A DNA stretch of 64,000 nucleotides from the human T2T-CHM13v2.0 reference genome, Homo sapiens, in assembly GCF_009914755.1 (NCBI RefSeq), contig NC_060935.1. One strand, 5' to 3'. The notes beneath the pieces were generated by a model. The model had not been told where the DNA came from. It saw only the letters and a program-made list of their open reading frames with translations, and ran no database searches. Shown one piece after another: positions 19,001 to 32,386 of this stretch (position 1 is its first letter; every line of letters begins with the position of its first letter). A program made the position numbers and the translations under genes.

Positions 19001-22000
19001 ATTAGCTTTTTCAAAGAACAAGCTCCTGGATTCATTGATCTTTTGAATGATTTTTCATGTCTCAATATTCTTCAGTTCAGCTCTGATTTTCATTTCTTGT
19101 CTTCTGCTAGTTTAGAGTTGCTTCACTCTTGCTTCTATAGTTCTTTTAGTTGTGATGTTGGGTTGTTAATTTGATACCTTTCTAGCTTTTTGATGTGTGT
19201 GTTTAGTGCTGTGTATTTCCCTCTTAACACTACCTTAACTATGTACCAGAAATTCTGTTATGTTGTGTCTTTGTTCTCATTAGTATCAAAGAACTTCTTG
19301 ATTTCTGCCTTAATTTCATTATTTACCCCAAAGTCATTCAGGAGCAGGTGGTTTAATTTCCATGTAATTGCATGGTTTTGGGTGATTTTTTGTCTCGATT
19401 TCTATTTTTATTGTGCTATGATCTGAGAGTGTGTTTAGTATGATTTTGGTTGTTTTGCATTTGCTAAGGATTGTTTTATGTCTGATCGTGTGCTCGATTT
19501 GAGTATGTGCCATGTAGTGATGAGAAGAATATATATTCTGTTTTTGAGTGGAGAGTTCTGTAGATGTATATCAGGTCCATTTGGTCCAATATTGAGTTCA
19601 GGTTCTGAATATCTTTGTTAATTTCCTGCCTCAGTGATCTGTTGAATAATGGCAGTGGGGTGTTTAAGTCTCCCACTATTATTGTGTGAGAGTATAAGTA
19701 TTTTTGTAGGTCTCTTAAGAATTTGCTTTATGAATCTGGGTGCTCCTGTGTTGGATGCATATATATTTAGAATAATTAGGTCTTGTTAAATTGAACTCTT
19801 TACCAATATGTAATGACCTTCTTTGGGCTTTTTTTGTTTGTTTGATCTTTGTTGTTTTAAAGTCTGTTTTTATCTGAAGTTAGGATTGCAACTCCTGCTT
19901 TTTTCTGATTTCCATTTTCTAGGTAGATTTTCCTCCATCCCTTTATTTTGAGGCTATAGGTCTCATTGCATGTGGAATGGGTCTCTTGAAGACAGCATGT
20001 CCTTGGGTCATGCTTTTTTTATCCAGCGTGCCATTCTGTGCCTTTTAAATGGGGCACGTAATCCATTTACATTCAAGGTTAATATTGATATATGTGCATT
20101 TGATCCTGTCATTGTGTTGATAGCTGGTTGTTACGCCAGCTTGTTTGTGTGGTTGCATTTTAGTGTCCCTGGTCTGTGTACTTAAGTATGTTTTTGCACT
20201 GACTGCTAACAGCCTTTCCTTTCTATATTTAGTGTTCCTTTCAAGATCTTTTGTAAGGCAGGTCTGGTGATAACAGACTCCCTTAGCATTTGCTTGTCGG
20301 AAAAGGATCTTATTTCTCCTTTACTAGGGAAGCTTAGTTTGGTTGGATATGAAATTCCTGGTTGAAGATTTTTTTTTCCTTAAGAACTTTGAATATAGGC
20401 CCCCTAATCTCTTCTGGTTCGTAGAGTTTCTGCTGAGAAGTCTGTTGTTAGTCTGATGGTGTTCCCTTTGTAGGTGACCAGTCCTTTCTCTCTAGCTGCC
20501 TTTAGCATTCTTTCTTTCATTTCAACCTTGGAAAATCTGATGATTATGCATCTTGGAGATGATCTTCTTGCGTAGAATCTTGCAGGGATTTTCTGTGTTT
20601 TCTGAATTTGACTGTTGGCCTCTCTAAGAAGGTTGGGGAAGTTTTCATGGACAATATCCTGAAATATGTTTTCCAAGTTGTTTGCTTTCTCCTCATACCT
20701 TTCAGGAATGACAATGATTAATAGATTTGGCCTGTTTACATAATCCCATATTTCTCAGAGGTTTTGTTTGTTCCTTTTCATTGTTTTTTTCTTTATTTTT
20801 GTCTGACTGCCTTATTTCAAAAAGCCAGTCTAAAAGTTCTGAGATTCCTTCCTTAGCTTGGTCTGTTCTGCTGTTAATACTTGCAATTGTATTGTGAAAT
20901 TCTTGTAATGTGTTTTGCAGCTCTATCAGGTCAGTTAGGTTCTCTTTTATATTGGCTATTTTTTCTATCAGCTCCTGAATAATTATATTGTGATTCTTAG
21001 TTTTCTTGAGATGAGTTTGCCATTCTCCTAAATTTTAACAATCCTTGTTCCTATCCATATTCTGAATTCTATTTCTGTCATTTCAGACAACTAAGCTTTG
21101 TAACAAACCCTTGTTAAAGAACTAGTGCAGACATTTGGAGGATATAAGACACTCTGACTATTGGAGTTGTTGGAGTTCTTGTGCTGGTTCTTTCTCATCT
21201 CTGCATGTGGGTATTCTTTTAACTGCTGGGCTGCTTCTGATTGAAGTGGTCAGGCAGGAGCAGGGTTATTGTGCTAGAGTCTGAGATCAGGCAGCCCTAA
21301 CCAGTGAGGATAAGTGAGGACCAGGACCTGTATGGAGAACAATCCAGTCACTTTTCTGTGAGGTAGGTGTTCTGTACTGGAGGTCTGGACAAGCCCCTGG
21401 TGCCTGCAGACTCTCTAGAGCCTGGAGACAGCAAGGGTGATGGCTGCAAGACAGCAAAGATGGTAATCCACCCTTCCCACTGGGAGTTCTGTCCCAGGCA
21501 ATTGCAGAGCTATTACTGGCTCAGTAGCCCCAGTGGGGAATAGTGGAGTCTTAGGCCAGGAGGCCACATCCAGTGAGGAGATACAGGATTAGGGAGCCAC
21601 ATAACAAACACTCTGGCTACTTTTTCACAGGGCTGCTGCAGTGTGCTGGGGGTCTGCTCCAGTTCCTACTCACCTTGGATTTTCTAGCACCTGAAAGTAT
21701 CAACAGTGAAGGTTGTGAAACAGCAAAGATGATGGTCTGTCCCTACCTCTGGGAGCTCTGTCTCAGGGAAGTTTGAAGCTGTTACTAGCTGGAAAACACC
21801 AGCAGAGGTGCTTGTAGACCTTGGCTGGGAGATTCTACCCAGTGAAGAGAAATGGGATCCAGGACCTGCATGAAAATGCAGTCTTCCTGCTTCTTCAGAG
21901 AGCTGCTGTGCTGTACTGGAGGACTGCTCCAGTCTCTACACACCTCGGACTCCTTTGAGTTGGAAAACATTAATCTTGTGTTTAGGCACAGGATGTAAGG

Positions 22001-22018
22001 GCTACTGGAAGATGCTTC

Positions 22019-22380
22019 TGATATGCGTTGGCTGTGTCCCCACCTAAATCTCATCTTGAAATGTAGCTCCCACAATCCCCATGTGTTGTGGGAGGAACCT
22101 GGTGGGAGGTAATTGAATCATAAGGGTGGATTTTTCCCATGCTGTTCTCATGATAGTGAATAAGTCTCATGAGATCTAATGGTTTTATAAAGGGCAGTTC
22201 CCCTGCACACGTTCTCTTACCTGCTGCCATGTAAGACATGCTTTTGCTCCTCTTTCACCTTCTGCCATGATTGTGAGGCCTCCTCAGCCATATGGAACTG
22301 AATCCATTAAACCTCTTTTTCTTTATAAATTACCCAGTCTTAGATATTTCTTCATAGCAGTATGAAAATGGACTAAGACA
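22019..22380 (+). mobile_element. THE1 (C-like) solo LTR
   Basis: tgatatg...ggctgtgtcccc to atagcagtatgaaaatggactaagaca. Confidence 0.9.
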
Positions 22381-22524
22381 GCGGCCATGAGACTGAGTTG
22401 GTTTTATGAAGCAGAGGAGTCAAGTTTAAATCACATATATGATTACATATGTGTAATCATACTGTGTGTAATCATACTGATATGACTCACATCTCAGTCA
22501 TATTTGCAAGAAGCAGTCAGTCTT

Positions 22525-24811
22525 TGTATTATTTCATTTTCATGCTGCTGATAAAGACATACCCAAGACTGGGTAATTTATAAAGAAAATGGTTTAATGG
22601 ACTCATAGTTCCACGTGGTTGGCAAGACCTCACAATCATGGTGGAAGGCAAAAGGCATGGCTTTATGGCAAGAGGGAATGAGAGCCAAGTGAAAGGGGAA
22701 ACCCCTTATAAAAACATCAGATCTCATGCAACTTATTCACTGCCATGAGAACAGTATAAGGAAAACTGCCCCCATGATTCAATTATCTCCCACCAGGTCC
22801 CTCCCCCAGCATGTGGAAATTATGGGAGCGACAATTCAAGATGAGATTTGAGAGGGGACACAGAGCCAAATCATATCATTCCACCCCTGGGCCTCTCCCA
22901 AATCTCATGTCCTCACATTTCAAAACCAATCATGCCTTCCCCAAAGTCCCCCAAAGTCTTAAATCATTTTAGCATTAACTCAAAAGTTCATAGTCCAAAG
23001 ACTCATCTGAGACAAGGCAAGTCCCTTCCACCTATGAGCCTGTAAAATCAAAAGCAAGTTAGTTACTTCCTAGATACAATGGAGGTACAGGCATTGGATA
23101 AATACACGCATTCCAAATGGGAGAAATTGGCCAAAACAAAGGGGCTAAAGACCCCATGGGAGTCTGAAATCCAGCAGGGCAGTCAAATCTTAAAGCTCCA
23201 ATATGATATCCTGTCTCATATCCATGTCTCATATCCAGGTCACACTAATGCAAGAGGTAGGTTCCCATGGTCTTGGGCAGCTCTGCCCCTGTGGCTTTGC
23301 AGGGTACAGCCTCCCTCCCGGCTGCTTTCGTGGGCTGGCATTAAGTGTCTGCAGCCTTTCCAGGTGCACAGTGCAAGCTGTAGGTGGATCTACCATTCTG
23401 GGGTCTCGAGGACAGTGACCCTCTTCTCACAGCTCCAGTAGGCAGTGCCCCAGTGGGGACTCTGTGTGGGGGCTTCAACACCACATTTCCCTTCCACACT
23501 GCCCTAGCAGAGGTTCTCCATGAGGGCCCTGCCCCTGCAGCACAATCTGCCTGGACATCCAGGCATTTCCATACAACCTCTGAAATCTAGACAGAGGTTC
23601 CCAAATCTCAATTCTTTACTTCTGTGCACCCACAGGCTCAACACTATGTGGAAGTTGCCAAGGCTTGGGGATTGCACTCTTTAAAGCCACAGCCCAAGCT
23701 GTACCTTGACCCCTTTTAGCCATGGCTAGTGCATCTGGGATGTAGGGCACCAAGTCTTTAGGCTGCACATGGTAGGGGTACACTGGACCTAGCCCACAGA
23801 CCCATTTTTTATCCTAGGCCTCTAGGCCTGTGATGGGAGGGGCTGCTGCAAGGGTCTCTGACATGTCCTGGAGACATTTTCCCCATTCTTTTGGTGATTA
23901 ACATTTGGCTCCTTGTGACTTATGCAAATTTCTACAGCAGGCTTGAATTTCTCCTTAGAAAATGGGTTTTTCTTTTCTATTGCATGGTCAGGCTGCAAAT
24001 TTTCCAAACTTTTATGCTGTGTTTCCCTTTTAAAACTGAATACTTTTAGCAGCACCCGAGTCACCTCTTGAATGCTTTGCTGCTTAGTAATTTTTTCTGC
24101 CAGATACCCTAAATCATCTCCCTTAAGTTCAAAGTTCCATAAATCTCTAAAATGGGGGAAAATGTTGCCAGTCTCTTTGCTAAAACATAGCAAAAGTCAC
24201 TTTTACTTCAGTTCCCAACAAATTCCTCATCTTCATCTGAGACCACCTCAGCCTGGATTTAATGGTCCATTATCAGCATTTTGGTCAAAGCCATTCAACA
24301 AATCTCTAGGAAGTTCCAACTTTCCCACATTTTCCTGTCTTCTTTGAGCCCTCCAAACTGTTCCAACCTCTGCCCGTTACCCAGTTCCAAAGTCACTTCC
24401 ACATTTTCATGTATTATTACAGCAGTGCCCCACTCCCAGTACCAATTTACTGTATTAGTTCGTTTTCACACTGTTGATAAAGACATATCCAAGACTGGGT
24501 AATTTATAAAGAAAAAGAGGTTTAATGGACTCACAGTTCCACATGGCTGGGGAGGCCTCACAATCATGGTGGAAGGTAAAAGGCATGTCTTACATGGTGG
24601 CAGGCAAGACAGAATGAGAGCCAAGCGAAAGGGGAAACCCATTATAAAAACGTCATATCTCATGAGACTTATTCACTACCACAAGAACAGTATGCTGGAA
24701 ACTGCCCTCATGATTCAATTATCTCCCACCAGGTCCCTCTCACAACACATGGGAATTATGGGAGCTACAATTCAAGATGAGATTTGGGTGGGGCACAGCC
24801 AAACCACATCA
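22525..24811 (-). mobile_element. Full-length THE1 (B-like) MaLR element: LTRs 22525-22878 and 24451-24811 plus internal region
   Basis: Paired LTRs, MaLR internal sequence, 5-bp TSD gtctt (22520-22524, 24812-24816). Confidence 0.93.
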
Positions 24812-24963
24812 GTCTTTATGGCAGAAGAGGGGAAGAGAAGCTTTCCATTGTGAACACTTCCACACTTGATTATTTCCTTCTTCTTTGGCACATTCCTCAT
24901 TAATTTCCACCAGGAGGAGGCATGCAGCCCAGTTCCCCTAGTCTCTCTTCCTAAATCCCCCAT

Positions 24964-25643
24964 CTTTTTTTTTCGTTTTTATTATTGAGTTGTGAGAGCT
25001 TTTAAAATATTCTGGATGCCAGTCCTTTATCAAATATATGGTATGTGAATATTTTCTCCCAAGCTATGGCTTTTTATTCTCTTAACACTTTCTTTTGAAA
25101 GAGAGACATTCTTAATTCTGCTCAAGTCCATTTACTCAATTTCATCTTTTATAGGGTATGTTTTCAGTGGCGTGTCAAAGAAGTCCTGGCCTAATCCAAA
25201 TTTATACAGTATTTTTTTTTACTGTTTTACTCTAGAAGTTCTATCATTTTAGCTCTTGCATTTATAACTACAATCCATTTTGAGTTAATTTTTATGTATA
25301 GTATGATATGGTTTGAAGTTCTTTCTTGTGAATGCATGTGTGTGTGTATACTATAAAGTTGTTCCAGCACCATTTGTTGAAAAGTCTATATTTTATCCAC
25401 ACAATTGTCTTTTGCACCTTTGAAGAAAATAATTGATCATATATATGAGTCTATTCTGGACTCTCTATTCTTTTCCATCGCTCTATTTGTCTAGCTTTAC
25501 TCCAATATCACAGTGTCTTGATTGCAGATTTATAAATCTTGAAATCAAATAGTGTAAGTGCTGCAATTTTACCCTACTTTGTCAAAGTTGTTTTAGTTAT
25601 CTAGGTCTTTTGCATTTCCATATGAATTTTATAATCAGCTCAT

Positions 25644-25684
<41 letters not shown>

Positions 25685-26175
25685 AATTTTTATTGGGGTT
25701 GCATTAAATATAGAATCACTTTCTATTATTTGGAAATAATAGGAATCTTAAAAATAGTGAGTCTTCCCATCACAAACAGTGTATCTCTCTCCATTTAGTA
25801 CATCGTCTTTACCTTCCCTCAGCAATATTTTCTAAGACAGGTCTCTCGAGCTCTCTCATTGTTTATCGTTCTCTTCTCTGGTACTCTACCCTGCAAATTC
25901 TAGGGGGGATGGCCTCTCCAGACTCCCAAGTCCGTTTCCTCAACTGAGGGAGCCCACTAGGCTCTGCCTGGGTTTTCACCTGTCTGTACTGTGTCTCTGA
26001 AACTTTCTCCAGGTGGTGACATGGGCAGTTTTAGTTCTTGCCTCATTTGTTTCCTGTCACTCAAGGATCACATATCTTCATTACCTGATGTCCAATCATT
26101 GTTTCATATATTTTGTCCAGATTTTTAGTTGTTTAAAATGTGAGAGTAAATTCATTTCCTGCCTCTCTGTCATTG
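24964..26175 (-). mobile_element. L1M continuation with (CA)n and a 5'-region fragment
   Basis: attattgagttgtgagagct...tattctggat resumes the L1M broken at 16035. Confidence 0.72.
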
Positions 26176-27250
26176 TCAGAAGTGATTGATTTTATGTGAG
26201 AATTGAAGAAAGAGAGTGGTCAAAGATGGATGATTTTCTGGTTTTCAGCATGAGCAAACTCCAGATGTTGGTATTTACTGAGATGGGAAATATTAGGTGA
26301 AGAATAGGCTGTATTCTGGTATAAGTAAGATCATGTGTTCCATTTTTAACATATTCAGTTTGTGCTACCTGTGAGACATTCAAGTATAAAAAAATCAAAA
26401 AACAGTTGTATAGACTAGGCTGGAGCTCAGAAGCAGGGCCTGAGTTGGAAATATGAATTAACAAATTGTCAACATATCCTGTTTATGGTATTTGAAAAAT
26501 AGATGTTGACAAAGGTCTTTACTAGCAGAATGTAGAGTGATAAAAGAGGAGGACAGAGGTCCAGTTTTTGAAGAATACTAATGTTTAGACTTTAGATGGA
26601 AAAGAAGACCTTAATCTGAGCAGAGAGAGCCAAAGAGGTGAAAGGAAAACTGGTTGATTGTATCATGGAAGTCACTAGAAGAATGTTTCAAGGAACCAAG
26701 AGTGGTCAGAGTCACTCTGACTGAGAGAGTGACAAAGCTACATTGAAGTTGATGAAGAAAGGACTGAAAAGAACCCACTGGATTATGTGACGGCAAAGTC
26801 ATTGGTGGCTTTAGTAAGGGAACTTTCCATAGAGCAGTAAGGACCAAAGCCAGAACAGAGTAGACTGGAAAGCAAATGACAGGAACAGGAGGCAGCATGT
26901 TTAAATAGCTCCGTGGCACATTTGGCTGCAAAAGGGAAGAGGAGGACTGAAATTGGGAAGGAATTTTTCAAAATGGGAGAAAACAGATTATTTAAATACT
27001 GACAGCTAAGAGCCAGTAGTGGGGAAGCCTGGAGATGCAAGAAAGAGAGGATGAGCAGCAGAGGGGGTTCCTGTGGCTGAGACCCCATCGGATGGCACGA
27101 ATGGATGGGACCCAGAACAGAGTTGGCGGATTTGCTTTTGATAAAACTCTTCTTCCCATGTTGCAGTGGGAGGGAGAGGCCAATGCAAGTGCAAATACAT
27201 TTATGAATCCAAAGGTAAGAAGTCAAGTGTAGCCCTTCTGATGTCTCTGT
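26176..27250 (-). mobile_element. L2 continuation
   Basis: gtgattgatt...gtcaaagatg...ttctggttt collinear with the L2 broken at 15155. Confidence 0.72.
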
Positions 27251-27701
27251 CTTCTCTGGGAGGGAAGAAACAGGGCTGTGTACTGAGCATATGGAAGAGC
27301 CTCTGCCTTCAGGGAGCTTGTGGTCTTTTGGCGTGTACTGCTCTGATGATTTCTTTTATAGTAACTACAAAATCAGTCTCACTTCAACTTGCGTCCCTTT
27401 TAAATTTTAAAATGTTTTACTTTTCAAAAATAATTTGCTGGATTTTCCTTGATTATGTAATCTGTCTGCTCAATACAGAAAACTTGAATGAAAACAGAAG
27501 AGTAGATAATTCTGATACAAAGTCACCTATAGTCCCTCTGCCCTAAAGTAACCACTGTTAAAGTTTGATATATCTTTCCTGTATAATCTCTGTCCATGGT
27601 TCTTCACTTGCAATTTTTATATGGTTGTGACACTATTTTGCCTGCTTCTTTGCTGTAATTTGTTTAAGTAAGGAAACTAAACACAAAGTTTTGTCTCAAA
27701 G

Positions 27702-27838
27702 GACCATTTCTGCAGGTGGGTGGGGCCCCTGTTCCTGAACAGGGCTTCATTCCCTTTGTCCATGTTTGCTGAGATCAGGGCTTCCCTGCTAGCCAGGCAT
27801 CCCTGAACAAGCCAAAATGCAGAGCACAGCCTTCAAAG
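27702..27838 (+). pseudogene. Exon remnant, repeat 1 core beta strands
   Basis: ttttgtctcaaAG; GPFLQVGGAPVPEQGFIPFVHVC*DQGFPASQASLNKPKCRAQPSK (GPAVTL...DLVP...GWP-like order); no canonical donor. Confidence 0.6.
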
Positions 27839-27954
27839 GAAGCTTGTCTGTCTTCTCTCTTTGGAGGCTGAGGGGTCACAGTCAGCGTACCCAGAAGAGA
27901 AGCTGGGACTTATCAATTAACCAATACTGCTTTCAAACCGTTTTCATCAAAATA

Positions 27955-28386
<432 letters not shown>

Positions 28387-28564
28387 TAGAGGAAAAGGTT
28401 TCCTCTTGTTTCACAACAGCCTTGGCCAGCAGCTTTTTGAGGGAGTGGGAAGCAGGACAAGGAATTTTGGTGTGTGCCAGATTGAGACACGGATCAAGAA
28501 CTGAGTGAGGACAGAGCGTGAAAGAGTGGTCTCAGGCCTCCTGAAGCATTTGTTCTTTCAACAG

Positions 28565-28665
28565 ACAGGCTCCGTGCTAGCACTAGAATGCCCATGGAAA
28601 CTGAAGGAGGAAACCACAGGCTGGCAGAAGGCTAAGTCTGTGGCATCAGAGCAGGAAGCAATTCC
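28565..28665 (+). pseudogene. Exon remnant, repeat 1 'WRLSFS'-equivalent region
   Basis: tttgttctttcaacAG; TGSVLALECPWKLKEETTGWQKAKSVASEQEAIP; strongly similar to exon 62171-62287. Confidence 0.72.
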
Positions 28666-29162
28666 GTGAAACAGCGACTCTGCTCTAGCTACATTTATTT
28701 CCCTCTGTTCCTGGAGGAGTGAGGGGAAGGGGGAGACATCCTTTTCTAACAAGGGACTTTCCTGAATACTTGGATTTTATATTAATTCATGCTTTCAGAA
28801 TTTAAAGGAACTCTTTCTGCACAGAGGGAGTCCCCCATCAGGTCATGCAATGTTTAACAATTATGGTTTGGCCACATTCTCCTAGAAAAACTACAGGACC
28901 TCCCCCTTCAAAGACATATACAACTCCAGGAAGCCACCTGAAAATCTTGTGTTGGTCCCTGTACCAACTCTACCCCCCTCCTCAGTCTCTATTAATCTGT
29001 TCCCAAAAAGAAATGTCACCAGATGGCCCTGCAAATGTCACCTGGCCATCAGCATGGCTTCACTCAAAACAGGGAGGCATTAGAGAATCTAATCCATCGT
29101 TCATTTCCATCATTTCGGGTCAGTTTGCATCCTTTACTGGGCATATAGTGCTTTCTTAACAC

Positions 29163-29264
29163 ACTGGGTTGGACAGTAAGATCTGTAATCCTGCTGATAT
29201 TAAAGAATATTGCTTCACGTTTAATGGAGGAAGGTCCCAGTGACTCACAGATACTGAACATTCT
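29163..29264 (+). pseudogene. Exon remnant, repeat 1 C-terminal helical bundle
   Basis: LGWTVRSVILLILKNIASRLMEEGPSDSQILNI, donor ct|GTAAGA; cf. MAB21L1 RKKCLSILKTLRDRHLELPG. Confidence 0.72.
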
Positions 29265-29405
29265 GTAAGAACTCCTCTCTTGTTAGCATTTAATACCAGA
29301 TTTTACTGCCCTCAGCTTCATGAACTGAGCACTCCCTCAGCATTCTCAATGCCTCAGGCTATTTTTAGCATTTAATCCCTTCCAGGTATCAGAGCCATCA
29401 GACCT

Positions 29406-29407
<2 letters not shown>

Positions 29408-29439
<32 letters not shown>
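29408..29439. repeat. T32 homopolymer
   Basis: Direct read. Confidence 0.95.
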
Positions 29440-29440
<1 letters not shown>

Positions 29441-29592
29441 TATTTTCAAAGTGCGGATAGGTGGATTTTAGGAATTGAGCTGATCCCTTTTTAAAATGGG
29501 TTTTTCTTTTACTGTCTCTTAGATTTCATATCCAGTCATGGGCATCAGACCCGTATCCTGTCTCTGCTCTGTGTATTTCTCCATTCTAGCAG

Positions 29593-29666
29593 TTACAGAA
29601 ATAGCTGAGGGAGGTGTGACTGGTTCTGGAGAAAGAAAAGAAAGCTGAACTCCTCACGCTGAGGAG
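29593..29666 (+). pseudogene. Exon remnant, repeat 1
   Basis: tatttctccattctagcAG; phase-compatible YRNS*GRCDWFWRKK then frameshifted KAELLTLR; includes the DW typical of Mab-21 C-terminal domains. Confidence 0.58.
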
Positions 29667-29899
29667 GTTGCAGGGCCACAGCTAGGCGGGCTGGGGGTGG
29701 GAAGATGGCTGTACTGCTGGGCTGTCAGGCAGAGGGGCCACACATCCAGATGTGCTTTTGAGCTCCCCGCAGCTTTTAGGGAGTGGCTTCCAAATGAGTC
29801 ATAAAACTCAGAGGTAGGTTTGGAATAGGAGATTTCAAGTGGGCTCCTGCTCACTGTCAGAGCCACTTACTCTCTTTACTGGGGATTAAAGAACTCCAC

Positions 29900-30101
29900 G
29901 AGCATTGCCGGGGACTGGGGGGAGGGGAAATTGTTTAATGGATACAGAGTGTCTAGTTGGGGTGATGCCAGCATTCTGGAATAGACAGTAGAGATGGTTG
30001 CACAACACTGTGAATGTACTTAATAGCCACTGAACTGTATACTTACACATGGTTAAAATGATAAATTTTATGATGTACATTTTACCACAATAAAAAATAT
30101 A

Positions 30102-30138
<37 letters not shown>
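29900..30138 (+). mobile_element. L1MB 3' end followed by (CA)n
   Basis: gatggttgcacaacactgtgaatgtacttaat...accacaataaaaaa. Confidence 0.85.
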
Positions 30139-30139
<1 letters not shown>

Positions 30140-30439
30140 ATGAAAACTCTCTACCAGAGTGCAAATAAGACTTGGAGACAACAGAGAAAGGCGCAGGCCC
30201 AAATGCACAGAGTTGCCCCTGCCTCCAGCCAGTTGAGGTGGGCTGCGGGCAGGGGTCATGTTCCTGCAGGGGCCACCTACTCATCTTAGCAGAGACTCCA
30301 TACAGCAAGGGCTGGGTTTCCCTCAGCTTCCCAGAGCCCAGGCCTATCACCCTACCAACGTCTGTCCCAACAAATCCATGCACATTGCCTATATGCCAGA
30401 CCCCAGTTCTAGTGTGTTTTCCACTTAATTTTCACAGAA

Positions 30440-30600
30440 GTGAAATAGCTATTATGCCCATATGACAGAATAGGAAAATGAGGTATAGAAGGGTTCATTA
30501 CTCGCCTAAGGCCACACAAGTGATAAAGGTGAGATAGCATTTAAATGTAAGTCTATTTGAAGCCTGTGTTCCAAAACTCAGTTTTCCCGATTATACTACA
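30440..30600 (-). mobile_element. MIR
   Basis: cccatatgacagaataggaaaatgagg...cctaaggccacaca core. Confidence 0.7.
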
Positions 30601-32247
30601 CTTCAAAATATCCATCTTGGTAAAAAAATAGGTCCTGAACAATGCTTCCATCAACTCTAGAATAAAAATGAGTTTGTATCATGATTTGAATCCAGTACAC
30701 TTCAGAGACACTGGCATTCTGCTGCTTTCATCACACTCCACCCTGTGAGTCACTCATGCCAGGGGGGGACCCACCGAGGATGCCTCATGGGTCAATATAG
30801 TTTTTGCTGAATAGATGATACATCAGAGGCTGAATAAGGATCAGGCTGGCCGGACAGATTTCCAGAGAACTAATCAATAAAGGGTACTAAAACATTGAGG
30901 TGGAGGAACCTATTAATCTGTATAACTTTCTAGAAGAACATTACATATGGTTGGAAATAATACCTGAAGAAGTGATGACATTCCCAAATAGCTCAAGTTG
31001 CAGTAGATGCTCACTAATATGTCTTCTGAAGGTGTAGGTCCAGGCAAATGCAGGCTTCAGGCTTGAGCTATTTGGGTGGTAAAGGAAAGACTAGCACTGT
31101 CTCCAACAACCCTCTTTGTCTACCCATCAGAGCAGCCAACTTCTCATAAACACTGAACAGATATTTAAATAACATCAGTTTGAAGAATGGCCAAAGTCAC
31201 CTCCTACCTGAGCTGCCTACGTGCATTGATCTGTCCTGCAGGCCACAAGTTTTTATCCCCTCTTTCCTATGTCTCAGCCTACTTCTGCCTCATAGATACA
31301 CACCTCAAAATGCAGCCCTGGGGCCTGGGCTCACTTTCCTTCATCTTTCATATCTCAAGGCTTATGTTAGAGCTCATTCTCTTTTCTTTCAGGTCCAATC
31401 TCTTCTCCTCTCAATGCCCACTGCCACAGCTCCTTCTTTGGTGACTGGCATTGCTATTGCCACCACCACCAACTTTCAACCTGAGAGCATGATTTTTCCA
31501 GAAGACGTGATGTAGAAAGAGAGAGAAAATAAATGCTACTTGCATTTTGACACTATCTAAAAGCAAACAGATAAATGTTTAGCTTTAAAAACATTTCTAA
31601 ATGTGTAAAACAATTATTTATAGTGGATTCTTGACCCTGATCCCATTGCTCACTCTCAACCTATGTGTGAGGGATGGTCACTTATGGAGTGAGATTAGGC
31701 GTGAAGTAAGTATCAGGGTAACAAAACCAGTGATTTTTTAAATGATGTCATGATTTTGTCTTAAAAAAAGTCAAGATCAAAGCGGCCAGCTAATAAAGTC
31801 CTGGTCCTACATAAATAACTAGGGTTTTAAAAAATTATCTTTAATGATTTTTTTAACCTCCTTGAAAAAGATGAAGTGGTATATATTGCCTGTTTCTTAA
31901 TGGTTAAGTATCATGAACTTTGGTGGGGAAAGAAACTGAAAGCCCAGTAATTCCCTCGGTCTTTATATAAGAAGAGTATTATCTGAATGTCGTTTGGGGC
32001 AGTGGTTATATTTTTAAGCATCTGTCATTCATGCTAATTGACCAGGGATGTGGCTAGCCAGGGTCAAGCTCCCACAGTCAGTGCAAGAGGGCCCTGAGGC
32101 TTTGGGCAGCCTGTCCGATGGCAGCCACCTAATGTAGGATGCAGTGGCAGTGCTGGCCCACTTTTGAGAGCAGCCGCTGAGTTACAGACTCCTTGTGTGG
32201 GAGCTGTATGTCGGACTGGAGCTCCAGACTGCTCATTCCCTGCCCAG

Positions 32248-32386
32248 AGCCTTACCCTGTCATCATTGATTTTATGGGGAAAGAAAGCATCTCCTTTCGT
32301 AAACACCACACCAGCATCTTCAATAAGATGATGCAATGGGATTAATGATGCACTTTCCAGCATCCTCATCGATTCTGAAGATGGAA
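32248..32386 (+). pseudogene. Exon remnant, end of repeat 1
   Basis: cattccctgcccAG; PYPVIIDFMGKESISFRKHHTSIFNKM / CNGINDALSSILIDSEDG (cf. MAB21L1 terminal LAREILTNP); paralogous to VGKEGTI in repeat 3. Confidence 0.62.

Larger units (their letters stand above)
16036..24963 (-). mobile_element. Near full-length L1PA15/16 with two THE1 insertions in its 5'UTR
   Basis: L1PA15-16-type 3'UTR, ORF2 fragments (16628-19676), ORF1 fragment (20404-20676), repeated cagcaaagatg 5'UTR units. Clear to ~22018; extension to 24963 is inferred from where the host L1M resumes. Confidence 0.8.

Noticed and set aside
21360-21960. ~270-bp-period repeats
   Set aside because: Part of the repeated 5'UTR structure of older L1PA elements, not an independent array.
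31393-31515. Strong acceptor followed by open frame VQSLLLSMPTATAP...
   Set aside because: Resembles L2-derived sequence and has no counterpart in the other repeats.
32256-32374. Apparent minus-strand open 119-nt exon (SMRMLESASLIPLHHLIEDAG...DDR) with plausible AG/GT
   Set aside because: I found no convincing partner minus-strand exons, and the + strand reading of the same bases fits the end of repeat 1 and its paralogues. An antisense non-coding exon cannot be excluded.
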